Assembly: GCA_951406725.2 (NCBI GenBank) | Contig: OX597818.1 | Span: 91,264,001-91,328,000 of the forward strand | Direction: 5' to 3' | Length of the DNA: 64,000 nt | Source of the DNA: Octopus vulgaris | Taxonomy: Eukaryota | Part shown: positions 1 through 11,831 of the stretch, piece after piece | Layout: every line of letters starts with the position of its first letter | How positions within the stretch are numbered: position 1 is the stretch's first letter | The notes under the pieces: generated by a model | Seen by the model: the letters and a program-made list of their open reading frames with translations, nothing else | Told to the model about the DNA's origin: nothing | Database searches by the model: none | Translations under genes and position numbers: made by a program

Positions 1-41
1 ACATATATACATGTATTATTTGATAGATAGATAAATAGTGA

Positions 42-95
<54 letters not shown>

Positions 96-199
96 TGTTT
101 GAGATATAGATACATAAATCGCTAGATACACACATACATTTATCTATTCTCTTTAAAGACTTGACATTCATATCACCAAACACATGCAATTTTACATAC

Positions 200-1062
200 T
201 TAAAATGCCAGAAAGCTGGGACGAGGGGACAATCGATTTACTCAACTCAAACCTGTACTTCACTAGCACTTTATTTTATGGACCCATGAATTAGGAATGG
301 AAGATGATAACTAAAGCCGATCTTGGTGGGATTTCCGATAGCAACTTAAAGCATTTAATCAAATAGAGTTTGTCATTTTATCTGATGCATATTTCAAATG
401 TGATATGAAAGCTACTTCATTGAGTGAGCCATAATAATGGAGTAAAATTTTGGCACCAGATCACTAATTTTAGAGGCAAGGTTAAGTCAATATCATCGAC
501 TCTACTGAACCCGAAATGATAAAACTTGACTTCGACGGCATTTGATCTCAGAATGTGAAGCCACAAGAAATTCCGCTCAGCATTTTCTCCTGTGAGGTAA
601 TGAATCTGCCATCTCGCTTTCAAATTTTGCAGTAGTTAATTATTTCTAATTGTGTTTCATAAGGTGCGGTTGTAATCGATGACATTGAATCCAGTGCTCA
701 AATGGTTCTTATTTTATTGATCCCGAAAGTTTGAAAAGCAAAGCAGACCTTAACAGAATTTGAAGTCAAAATATGAAGAACCGGAAGATATGTCATTTAG
801 CATTTTCTCGGTTGTGTTAACGGCTCTTCCAGTTTAACGCGTTAAAATTCATCGTATTAAGAATGCGGGACTTAAACTTTTAGGGAGGACGCTAGTTGAT
901 TAAACCGACAACGGGGCTCGATTGGTATGTATTTTATCAACACTGAAAAGATGAAAGGTAAAGCCGATCTTAAGGGATTTAGAACTTAGAACATAAAGCC
1001 GGTAGAAATGGCGCTAAGCATTCTGTCCGGCTTACTAACGACTCAGCCAGCTTGCCGCTATG
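200..1062 (-). repeat. Diverged tandem array of about four SINE family B-derived units (~200-220 bp)
   Basis: Recurrent TTATTTTAT.GA..C.GAAA..ATGAAA.G.AAAG.CGA.CT...GATTT.A.CT.AGAA motif near 270, 510, 710 and 930. Confidence 0.6.
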
Positions 1063-2759
1063 TGAGAGTCATAATAATATAAAGTATCTGTTCTAAGAAA
1101 ACGAACAGATGTGGTGAACTGATTCACTCATTGAAAATGGTATGGTTACGAAAGTGGAAATCGGAAATTGTGAACGCAAACCGAGCTACAGAAAGGCACC
1201 GGGGAAGCATAACTCCTGTATGTCTGATATAAGCTCTTATGAAATAGGGTGCAACGGACTGTTGCAGGTAACCTTAGAGAAGAGGTGTCTGGCAAATGCA
1301 AAATATTTTAGCAACTACCAGCCCATAACGGCCGAATGCATTCAATCGCTAAATCAACCAACACACTGAGATCAACGAGAGTGTTTATAAACATTATATT
1401 TGATGGAGCAGTTGTTGTGAACAACTGCTTATTAATAGCTTATAAAACAAGAAAATATTATCGTAGCAAGTACTCTTCTGAAAATTTACACAACCTGCAA
1501 CTTAACATACTTCAGAGCCACGGTACCATCACCATTTAATAACGGCCAGCGCATTTATTCGTGTATAAGATCACACGACACCAGTAGCCAAGTTCCTCAC
1601 AAAAAACTAGTAATTTTACATCTGGATCTACTAGCACGGCGTACTTGAAATGTTTATTTAACGCAAGCGTGTAAACTGTTTGAATATTTATTCATATACG
1701 CACGCACTGTCTCCATAAATTAGCGCACTGCGCACAACTTTACTGACACATAAATACGTGAAATCAGCGCAAGTTACTCATTCGCTTTCTCTCTGTGTAG
1801 AGCAGAATGGTATAAGCAACCCTAATCAAACAGGATAAAAAAATACGTAACATTTACTAAATTGTTCACTGGCATACGCTAAAGAGTCGGACTTGTGGTT
1901 TCAAAATTAACGTTTTGCAGAGGTTATAAATGTATGCTTATTAAATTTACGTATGTAAATTTGAGCGTGTATGAGTGTATGTGTGTGTGACTGTCTGTGT
2001 GCATCACTGTGTCTGCGTGTGCGCGTGTAGAAGTGTGTTTGCGTTTGAGTATATTATTAATAGTAGCATGAAATTTACAAATCACAAACTGAGCGGACTA
2101 TTAATGAAATGTCCTATTTTCAAAAGCCAATTATTCATCTTCGAATAGAATAAAGACAAATAAGATATGTATATACAGAACACAACGAACTGCTGATAGG
2201 TCGATGGAACATCAGTGTGTTAAGTTGGCATTATACGATTATATATGAGTGTGCGTGAATTTACATACATACATACACACATACATACATACATACATAC
2301 ATACATACATACATACATACATACATACATACGTACATATAGAGGCATACCTTCAGACATATCTGTATATATATACATGTGTCTGAGTGCGTGTATGTGT
2401 TTATGTATAATGGCGTTTATGTATAATGAGTGAATATTTAGGAAAGTCTCTATAAATTTTATTCCGACGATAAACTGAATAGAATGTGAATAATAATTAT
2501 TAATTGTCATCTCTGAATCACCGTATTCTAAATGAATTCCACATGATCTTATAGATTCTAGTACTCGTTGTATTGTCTCGCGATATTGGTAGAAACAGTA
2601 ATTTCTTTAATACAATCATTTATCTTGGAAGACCTGCTGAGTAAAGATACCACAAAATGCATCCAAGAAAAAGTTTTCTTTCTAACATTGTAAATATTTT
2701 TTTCATATGCTTTCTGGGACTTCGTTTTTTTGTAATTGTGTCACGTATTTTTGATTCAG

Positions 2760-2965
2760 GTTTTATGTCGTCACTCTGTCTTCTTTTTTCTGTTGGAATT
2801 TCCTCTTTCTGTTGGAATTTCCTCTGAAGATGAGCTCTGCTCGAAACGTTAAAGTATCGTTCTTTCCTTCCCTGAGCATCTGCTAATACTTTACATGTAC
2901 CACATACTCGCGTTGTTGTTTTTTTTGTGTTTGTCCTTCGTTTTTTTTTTGGGGGGGGGGATTAT
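2760..2965 (+). mobile_element. Short element with a minimal hammerhead motif, related subfamily
   Basis: CTGAAGA-T-GAGC-TCT-GCTC-GAAACGTT at 2824-2850, then TTCCCTGAGC..CTAATAC; related to 7940-8123 (-). Confidence 0.55.
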
Positions 2966-3000
2966 ATATATACATAGCTAAACAGGTAGATATAGATATA

Positions 3001-3152
3001 GGCGCAGGAGTGGGTGTGTGGTAAGTAGCTTGCTTACCAACCACATCGTACAGTCCCATTACGTGACACCTTGGGCAAGCTTCTGCTACTATAGCCTCGG
3101 GCCGAGCAAAGCCTTGTGAGTGGATTTGGTAGCCGGAAACGGAAAGCCCGTC

Positions 3153-3208
<56 letters not shown>

Positions 3209-3420
3209 GTTTGTGTGTCTTTGTTTGTTCCCCCAATATCGCTTGACAACCGATGCTGGTGTGTTTACTTCTCGTAACTTACCAGTTCGGCAAAACAAAT
3301 ACAATAGAATAGGTGCTAGGCTTACAAAGAAAATGTCCTGGGGTCGATTTGCTTGACTAAAGACGGTGCTCCAGCTTGGCCGCCGTCAAATGACTGAAAT
3401 AAATAAAAGAATAAAAGAAT
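3001..3420 (+). mobile_element. tRNA-derived SINE family A (octopus OK-like) with internal (TA)n/(TG)n
   Basis: GGCGCAGGAGTGG..GTGTGGTAAG head, CCTTGGGCAAG core, tail ...AAATGACTGAAA..AATAAAAG; many copies in the window. Confidence 0.85.
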
Positions 3421-3862
3421 ATACTGGCGGGAAACGTGAATATTTCACGGACCTAATGGTAAACCAATTGGGTTATTTCTGAAAACTTTATCCAAAAAAC
3501 CGGAAAGCGTAGACTGTGTTGTGTCTGTATGGGAAGATAGTTGCTCATCTACTAATCATTAAAATTGGATTACGATTATTATTTAATGCACTTTATCTAT
3601 ATACCTTATATTCTTTATGCACAGTTATCTGAACTTAATACACAGAATTCATAAAATAAAATTCACTCATAAACAAACAAAAGCAAAAAAAAAAAATCCC
3701 GCACATATGATACAAACTTTAGTTAAATTGAATATATCTGCCACGTCAATATACTTGAATATTTTACGGAATTGCACTTAAGCGCATGCGTTAAGTCATT
3801 GGTGATATTAAAAAATTTAGTTCAATTTTTAAAAATACACTTTACACTATTCAATCAACACC

Positions 3863-3922
<60 letters not shown>

Positions 3923-3927
<5 letters not shown>

Positions 3928-4102
3928 TAGTGTAGGAAGAAATGGAGCTGAACGAAGATTTAACAAAATTCCTTTTTATTATTTTCTACATATGTTTCAA
4001 AGGCTGCAAAGTCCCTAATTCGGATTGAATAAGGAGACCATTTTGCAGCCTTCTCTTCAGGAAAATCCAGGAACTTAATTCTCCAACAAAATGCGCATCA
4101 AA
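3923..4102 (-). repeat. Inverted copy of the Penelope pLTR segment 7388-7567
   Basis: 180 bp reverse complement of 7388-7567 with one mismatch seen by eye (4094). Confidence 0.95.
3981..4066 (-). ncRNA. Second copy of the same hammerhead ribozyme (in the inverted pLTR)
   Basis: Reverse complement of 7424-7509. Confidence 0.75.
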
Positions 4103-6038
4103 TGGAGTTGTTCGAGATTAACGCATCCCTTAAGGACATTCCTATACTACCAAAGGAAGCCTTCCTTAAGGAAATTGTCTGCAAAACAAATGCATTCATC
4201 AACCGGATTAGATGGCTCGTTTTCTTTCATGATAACGAGGATTTAAAACAGAACCGGTCCGCAGCATCATCCGAATATAAGAAGCTTTTTAAGTCGATGG
4301 AGACGCCACCACCTAACCCCAGACTGAAGAAATTTGAGGATGACTTATGGGGCATTGTAAGGAGGATTAAATTCAGGAAGTCGCCCCGTAGGAATGAACA
4401 CCTCAGATACCTAGAGAAAATTACTAAGGATATCAACAGGTCAGACGGAATCCTGGTCCAGTCTGACAAAACAAGGAACACTTACAAGTTACCTAAAAAC
4501 CAGTACTTATAATTACTTAGAAAAGAGATTCAGAAGAACTATAGAACGACAAATAAGAACACACTGAGAAGAGTCAACTTGGAGATTAAGAAAATTATGG
4601 TTAATTATGGAATTCAAATGAGAACACAACCGCTCAACCCAAAACAACCTAGATTCATCGTTAAGGACCACAAACCAAATTTCCACTCCAATCCAGCATT
4701 AAGGCTCATATGCCCTTCTAGTTCTGACATCGGTTCCATCAGTAAGTACATTTTAGACAAATACATTCCTAGTTTAGTCAATAAGCTTAAGCTCAACCTC
4801 TGGGCGAACTCCTCGCAAGTCGTAAAGTGGTTCTCTTCTATCCCTAATAAAAACCGAACTAAGTTCATTCAGTTCGATATTGCTAATTTCTACCCCTCGA
4901 TTAACCCTAGTGTACTCAATAAGGCCCTGTGGCATGCACATAATAAGGCAGGCCTCACAAGAGAAGAAATTGATATAATTCTAGTCGCCAGAAAATCCTT
5001 TATACAGTTTGAAGATAAGTTATGGGTTCATAAGGATACTCCCAACGAGTTCAATGTACCTATGGGTAGTTCAGATAGCGCGCAGATTGCCGATTTGGTC
5101 GGAATCTATATTCTCTATGAATTATCCGACCAATTCCCGGACATCGGTGGTGGCCTATATCGTGACGATTGTCTGTTTTACCTACAGAACACCCCGAATA
5201 GAATCGTACAGAAAACTAAACATAGATTAGCTAGGTTCTTTAATAGGATGGGCATGAGTATAGTTTTTGATAACGAACTTACTAAGGCAAGTTTCTTAGA
5301 TGTCACACTAAACCTCCATAGCGATTCTTACTGCCCCTACCACAAGCCTTCCACTAACTTAAAGTATGTCAGTGTTTTCTCTAACCACGCAAAAACTATA
5401 ACAGACAATTTGGTTAAAAATATTTCTCAAAGATTAACTAATTTGTCTGCCAATGTCGACATTTTTAGACAGAAAGCGGAATTTTATAATGCCGCCCTGT
5501 CAAAAGCCGGTTATAGGGAGAAGGTAGTATATATAAATCCAGCCCGTCTGAAGCCAGCATTCTGTCATCAGGATAAGGCAAGTTACAATAACATAAATAA
5601 TATAAGTAGTGAAGGTAGCCAGAGGAATGTCGATACAAGTACAACTAGAATAAATATAGATAACATAAATAATTTGCGGTCCAGGGGAGGCCATAGCAAG
5701 CCAAAACCCATTATCCAACCCAGAAATACCCACCTTAATGTTAGAGTTGACTCCCCGAATCAGTACAAAAACAGGAATAACTATATTTGGTTTGTAATTC
5801 CCTTTGGTAAACAAATAAGATCTAACCTACCACTGCTGTTTCGCCAAGCCATTGCCAGTAATTTTCCCAAAAATTCGAGATATTACTCCACTGTAAACTC
5901 GCACAAAGTTAGGATAGCCTTCTCCAATACTAAAAAATCTTTCACAGATAATTTCCTCCCATAACAATAAGATGCTAAATAAGACCCTCTCACCCACGAA
6001 CGGAGACTCAGCTCCGTCTAATGCCAGCATAACACGCA

Positions 6039-6092
<54 letters not shown>

Positions 6093-6838
6093 GAACTGGC
6101 ACAGATATTAGCAACCTCCATGCCAGCATTGGAGTTAGTAATAGTAATAAGGATAAGAGTAAGGGTAGCGTCTTTAACGTAAGTAATGGTATTAGGGATA
6201 AGAGCACTGATCGAGTCATTAATGTATGGAGTCCCAACAACAATATTAACAGCGGTTTTAACAACAGTAGTATCACGGGCATTAGCAATCACAGCGTTCT
6301 CAGTGGCAGGGAGTATACAGGCGATATTGCATTAAATAGTAATGATAATGGGGTTAATAATGTCGAAGACAGCCGTAGTTTTTACAATCATCATAGTAAT
6401 AAGAACGCTGTATTAATATCGGAAGCCAACCCCAATAGAATAAGGTTCTTATCTAGTAATTCCAAGATTAGAAACGCCATTTACCAGTGCACAGTTTATA
6501 CTGATTCAGATGTCTATATGTATATAGGGGCTACATCATCGAAATTGGCTGTTAGAATATCGAATCATTTCTCAACGTTTCGCAATTTTGGAAAGCAACA
6601 CGCTACTGGACTAAGTAAATTAGTCTGGCGTTTGAAGAACGCAAATTCAACCTTTAGACTGGAATGGTCGATTTTATCGGTGTCTTTACCGTTTGATAGA
6701 GGCAAAAGAATCTGTAATCTTTGCAACTCGGAACTATTTCATATCCTGTTCGCCAGAGGGCAACTTGTTAACTCGATTGTGGAAAATTCTGTTAGATGCC
6801 CGCACTGGAGGCGGCACACATTTCTTGCATTCCAATGA
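4102..6838 (+). pseudogene. Penelope-like RT/GIY-YIG ORF broken by one stop and one frameshift
   Basis: ORFs 4102-4512 and 4579-5964 are in the same frame, separated only by TAA at 4510-4512. Removing one A from the A-run at 5932-5937 gives TKNLSQIISSHNNKML and joins ORF 5972-6838. Confidence 0.88.
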
Positions 6839-7423
6839 AGTCTAAGATAGTTAACCCCTTGATTTCCTAAGGAAAGGAAAAAAATTTTGAATTAAATTTG
6901 TAAGGGGAAATCACTCCCCTATTAGCGTAAGAACTGCTACTTATCTAGAACTGCCTTCAGGGATGTCACTGTTATCATCCCATTGTTGACATTCCATCCC
7001 TCTACCAACTGTTACAGACGAACACCCAGACACAGTTTTTTTCAGCTGCTTGACCATTAATAGCTGCTATATCTCTCTTCCTATCAGCCTTCTAAACACA
7101 CTGCCACACATACATAGGCGCACACACACATACATGTAGGCAATTTCTCACACCCAAGCACTATAGCACTCATTCTTAAAACAATTCGAATTTTAACACC
7201 AATCATACAGAATACATTCTCTCTCTTTGATTTTCCTGTAACCCTCCCCCCTGTTAACCGGATTTTGACCTTGATTTATCTCAACGGACTTTTTCGTCAG
7301 CTTTCACCCAGCCTGGCGTCAACGCATATTGAGAGACAGTTCTGTGCCATTTATCCCATGGGCTCCTCGCGAGCGTTTGTCGAAAAGTTTGATGCACATT
7401 TTGTTGGAGAATTAAGTTCCTGG

Positions 7424-7509
7424 ATTTTCCTGAAGAGAAGGCTGCAAAATGGTCTCCTTATTCAATCCGAATTAGGGACTTTGCAGCCTTTGAAACATAT
7501 GTAGAAAAT
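7424..7509 (+). ncRNA. Type I hammerhead ribozyme in the Penelope pLTR
   Basis: Stem I ATTTTC/GAAAAT, core CTGAAGA (7430-7436), long stem II GAAGGCTGCAAA/TTTGCAGCCTTT, GAAA (7492-7495), palindromic stem III ACATATGT, predicted cleavage after GTA at 7503. Confidence 0.8.
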
Positions 7510-8799
7510 AATAAAAAGGAATTTTGTTAAATCTTCGTTCAGCTCCATTTCTTCCTACACTAAATATATAAACTTCAAATTTCCGCATTAAGGCACGGGT
7601 TTGAGACCTCATGATCGTAACCTCAACCGTGATTTTTCTGTTGTGATTTTTGCTACCCAGGTATCGGTTATCTTTTGAATAATCCGTAACAAGATAATTC
7701 ATTTATCCATTTCAATATACATATATATATATATATATACACACACATACATATATTAACGAATTCTATCTGTTTGTCACATGACGAGATACATCTGCAC
7801 CAAAGGATGCTCCTGAACCAGTTGTTGAATGTCCCACTCAAAAGGAAGCGATGCTAGCTGTGTCGAAACAATTGACGTGATTAATAATACATTCTCGTAT
7901 ATTCCATCTTCTGTCTTTCATTTGCTATATATATATTAAGTCAATCCAAACATGAAAGAATAAAAAAACACAAGGACGTGGAACAAAAATAGTATTATTG
8001 GACACTCAGGAAAGAAGGAAAGAAGGAGGGTTTAACGGAGCTCTTCGTCGGAAACATAGGAGAAGGAAAGATCCAGAGAAGGGAAGACAGAGGGAAAAAA
8101 TCGCCAAGGGTACACACGCGCTCATATATATATATATATGACGGGCATCATTCAGGTTCCGTCTACCAAATCCACTCAGAAGTCTTTGGTTGACCCGAGG
8201 CTATAGGAGAAGACACCTGCCCATGATGCCACACAAAGAAATATACAGTGCTTATAAATAAAATGAAATATAAATTTGAAAGAAACCAAAGTTGACATGT
8301 TTTTTTTTGTCCAATATCCTCATATATGATTTAATAAAATGTTTGGTAGCATTCGAGGATATAACATATTTCATAGAAAATCTTTTCTGTCTCTGTAACC
8401 GTTACATGTATTTTCTCTCTCTCTTTTTTCATAACGATAAATATTTGTTTTTCCTTTATAATTTTTTCTTTTACATAATAATAGTCATACACTGAACATC
8501 TGTCTTATTATGATGAAATGGTGACAGACATCTCAACAGGTTTTGTCTGCATTCTATTTTTAAAGTATATCAAACGTATTTTTCTTTATATTTGCTGATT
8601 GTTGTTCTTTTTTATACCGCTATGTTTTTCTTTTGCCAGTTTTTTTTATGAACAACCTTTATATTTCCAAACCAAACAAAGAAGAAAACGAAAATGAAAA
8701 TATCAACAGCAACAAAAAAGAAATATCGTAGAAATTTATATTAACTTTCTCATACATTAATACTGTCTTTGTTGTCTAAAACATCACCGATCTCAGCAA

Positions 8800-8858
<59 letters not shown>

Positions 8859-9605
8859 CATATAGACAGACAGACAGACAGAGACAGACAAATAGAGACA
8901 GGGGAAAAAGAGAATAATAGTGAGATTATATAAGTCACTGTATTTCTGGGAGAGACTTTTATCCTTCAAATTCTATGCACAATGTCTTATGTGATTTTGT
9001 ATATTTTGACGGGGAAAGTCTAAGTATATATATGTAAAACGCTTTCCGAAATAAACTTACCCTTCATTTTAGAAGCTCCGAAGAAGGTATCAAGTGATGC
9101 TCAAGCATTCAGGTTTGGGTGCACTGAATTTTACAGCAGAAACAGCGGCAAACTAATTAAATTTATTTAATCATTTTTTGTTCCTTTTCATTTATTTAAT
9201 TTTACGGTAACATACGCACGCACAAATATATATTGCACTCACTTTTCCATCCACCAAATTCGAATTCTTCATACAAGACATCCTTGAAGCCTAATTGCAA
9301 ATAGAACCCACATGTCAGTGGTTGCACAGGAAATAAACCAGGGGCCGCATGCCTACGATTCAGCCTTCTTAGTGATCCAGTCACATCTTCATTCTTTTAA
9401 CGCAAGGCAGAAAATCTTTGGTGACACAAAAAAAAAAAAAAACGTGTCGCAGACTGTTTTGCATAGCAAAAGAACCTGCTTTCGACAGAAAGATCGAATT
9501 TACAGGGTAGAAATGAGAAAAGAATCAATGAAACATTTCCAGTTTCATTCACCCCAATATCAATGTTAAACTGTCTGACTTGTTATCTACCCTGTTCTAT
9601 GACCA

Positions 9606-9870
9606 CTAAGTGCAATCATTCTCTTGAGATCTGATATCTGCTATTGTGACCAATTTTACGACATAGTACATTTTGCTGTGAAAATTTGCTGGAGATTGTG
9701 CAGAAATGAAGGTGGAAAATATTATTACAGAAATTGAAAATACCTTCCCTGTTTCTGCAATGTATAGTTCCACGGAATTAGGGCATTTAAAACAGTAGAT
9801 CAAATTTCTACTTTTGCAGTTCATATCTGCATTTGTTAAAATCTGTCCATTTAAAAAAAAATTGATCTAC
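9606..9870 (-). mobile_element. Penelope-like GIY-YIG endonuclease remnant
   Basis: [14 protein letters not shown]...LYIAETG matches a decayed (L)IY..C..C...YIGET GIY-YIG motif. Confidence 0.6.
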
Positions 9871-9879
9871 CAGTATAGA

Positions 9880-9945
<66 letters not shown>

Positions 9946-10007
9946 CATATATATATACATATACATATACATATACATATATATATACATATACATATAT
10001 GTATATA

Positions 10008-10178
10008 GGCGCAGGAACGGCTGTGTGGTAAGTAGCTTGCTAACCAACCACATGGTTCCGGGTTCAGTCCCACTGCGTGGCACCTTGGGCAAGTGTCTTC
10101 TACTTTAGCCTCGGGCCGACCAAAGCCTTGTGAGTGGATTTGGTAGACGGAAACTGAAAGAAGCCCGTCGTATATATG

Positions 10179-10209
<31 letters not shown>

Positions 10210-10420
10210 ATGTGTGTGTGTTTGTGTGTTTGTGTTTGTCCCCCTAGCATTGCTTGACAACTGATGCTGGTGTGTTTATGTCCCCGTTACTTAGTGGTTC
10301 AGCGAAAGAGACCGATAGAATAAGTACTGGGCTTACAAAGAATAAGTCCCGGGTTCGAGTTGCTCGATTAAAGGTGGTGCTCCAGCATGGCCGCAATCAA
10401 ATGACTGAAACAATTAAAAG
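10008..10420 (+). mobile_element. SINE family A, full copy
   Basis: Collinear with 3001-3420; B-box-like GGGTTCAGTCCC. Confidence 0.85.
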
Positions 10421-11460
10421 AAAATACAGATATGCACAAACATGTATCGTATATACATACAAACACATACAGATATACAGATATACAGAGATTTACATAT
10501 GTGAAGGCGCGTAGAGAGTGGTTAGGGTGCTGACCTCACCGTGGTACACTCATTACTTCGAGACCTATGTCGAACGATGCGTTGTGTCTTTCAATGAAGC
10601 ACTCTATTTCACATTATTGAAGATCACGCAATTGAAATGAAATACCTGCACAAAGAATATCTGCAATGAACTGGCGTATGATTCATGTGTTGCAAGCAGT
10701 AACATTGTACTCTCTGTCAACTATACGCCATAGAAACGTATGTAGTTCCGGTCTAGTTTGCAAGTAGACTCATTAGATTTATCAAACTCTATACGTTCTG
10801 ATAGCTGCTAACAAGCAAGCATACATGTGCACAGACATAAATAGACAGAAAGACGCACATACGCACGCACACACACGCACTCACACACGCACACACACGC
10901 ATGCACACGCAAACACCCGCGCACCTACCAAACCAAGCATGCACACTACATCGGTGGAAATAATGTTGTTAAAAATGTTAATGACGGAGATGATGAGGAT
11001 AATGAAGATTATGATGACGATAGTCATAGCTAAACAAAAGCGTTTCATTAAATATAGGGAAAAAATAATTACATCTGGAGACATATTATGTTGTGCAGAA
11101 TATAATAACGCGTGTTCTTTTATACTTGCCAAGCACAGTAAAATTCATAATAGCATCGAATGTTTCTCTAATAACTTTCAATGGTCATAAGCCTAAAAAA
11201 GCCGTTTGCAGATTAATTAATCCTGCCAGGTAAACTATAATTACAAACCAAATTCTACTGAGGGACATAAACAACAAAATCAGGGAGGCAACTGAAATCT
11301 AACAGTAGGCAAATAGTCACGTTGCCATTAATTGTTTCAAGTGTATAAATAGCAATATGATGATGGGCTCCTCTATCGATCTATATCTTAATACTTGTTG
11401 ATCAAGTTCTCTGAATTCACCAGCGGATACGTTAGTAGTTTTGATTTTAATATTGAGACT

Positions 11461-11775
11461 AACTATTTTAACCCGTGCTTCGCTCGGGTTTTAGTGGTGG
11501 TGTTGTTTTGTGCGTGTTGTCTCCTTTTCCCTTTCTTCTTTTGTTCGTCTTCTTTGCCTTTCCCATATTCCTCACCATAGCAACCAAACGGTAGCCCCGA
11601 GCGACTTGCAACCCTTCTCACACCATTGCCCACCCTATTTTACCCCTCAGTGTAATTTTTAGTGCCAATCCGACCCCATCTACCGCCTCTTAAACCGTTC
11701 TCATCCCCAAATGAGACAAATAACCAAGAAATCAAACAACTTTCTCGCATTTCAGCTTTATAGATATTGATGATT
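11461..11775 (+). mobile_element. Helentron/DINE-like non-autonomous rolling-circle element
   Basis: Terminal hairpin AACCCG-TGCTTCGCT-CGGGTT (11470-11490) at one end and CAAACAAC...TTTCAGCTTTATAGATATTGAT at the other, as recalled for HINE/DINE-type elements. Confidence 0.55.
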
Positions 11776-11800
11776 ATATATGTACCTGAGGTACTACTCA

Positions 11801-11831
<31 letters not shown>

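Larger units (their letters stand above)
3923..7715 (+). mobile_element. Penelope-like retroelement (Naiad-like), near full length, flanked by (TA)n
   Basis: RT with DKT, FDIANFYPSI, PMGS, YRDD and FLDV motifs plus a C-terminal GIY-YIG (AIYQC...YIGAT) and CNLC...CPH; 180-bp inverted terminal repeat; TA microsatellites on both sides. Confidence 0.9.

Noticed and set aside
2789-2826. 19-bp tandem duplication TCTGTTGGAATTTCCTCT
   Set aside because: Simple slippage duplication within a repeat element
3001-3080. tRNA-like heads of SINE families A, B and C
   Set aside because: They have A/B-box similarity but continue into SINE bodies and do not form full cloverleaves; not tRNA genes
4510-4512. 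Possible programmed readthrough or selenocysteine in the Penelope ORF
   Set aside because: The codon is TAA, not TGA, and the copy also has a homopolymer frameshift; ordinary decay or sequencing error is simpler
5827-6292. Poly-Leu and poly-Ile membrane-like ORFs on the minus strand
   Set aside because: Antisense frames of the Penelope (AAT)17 linker
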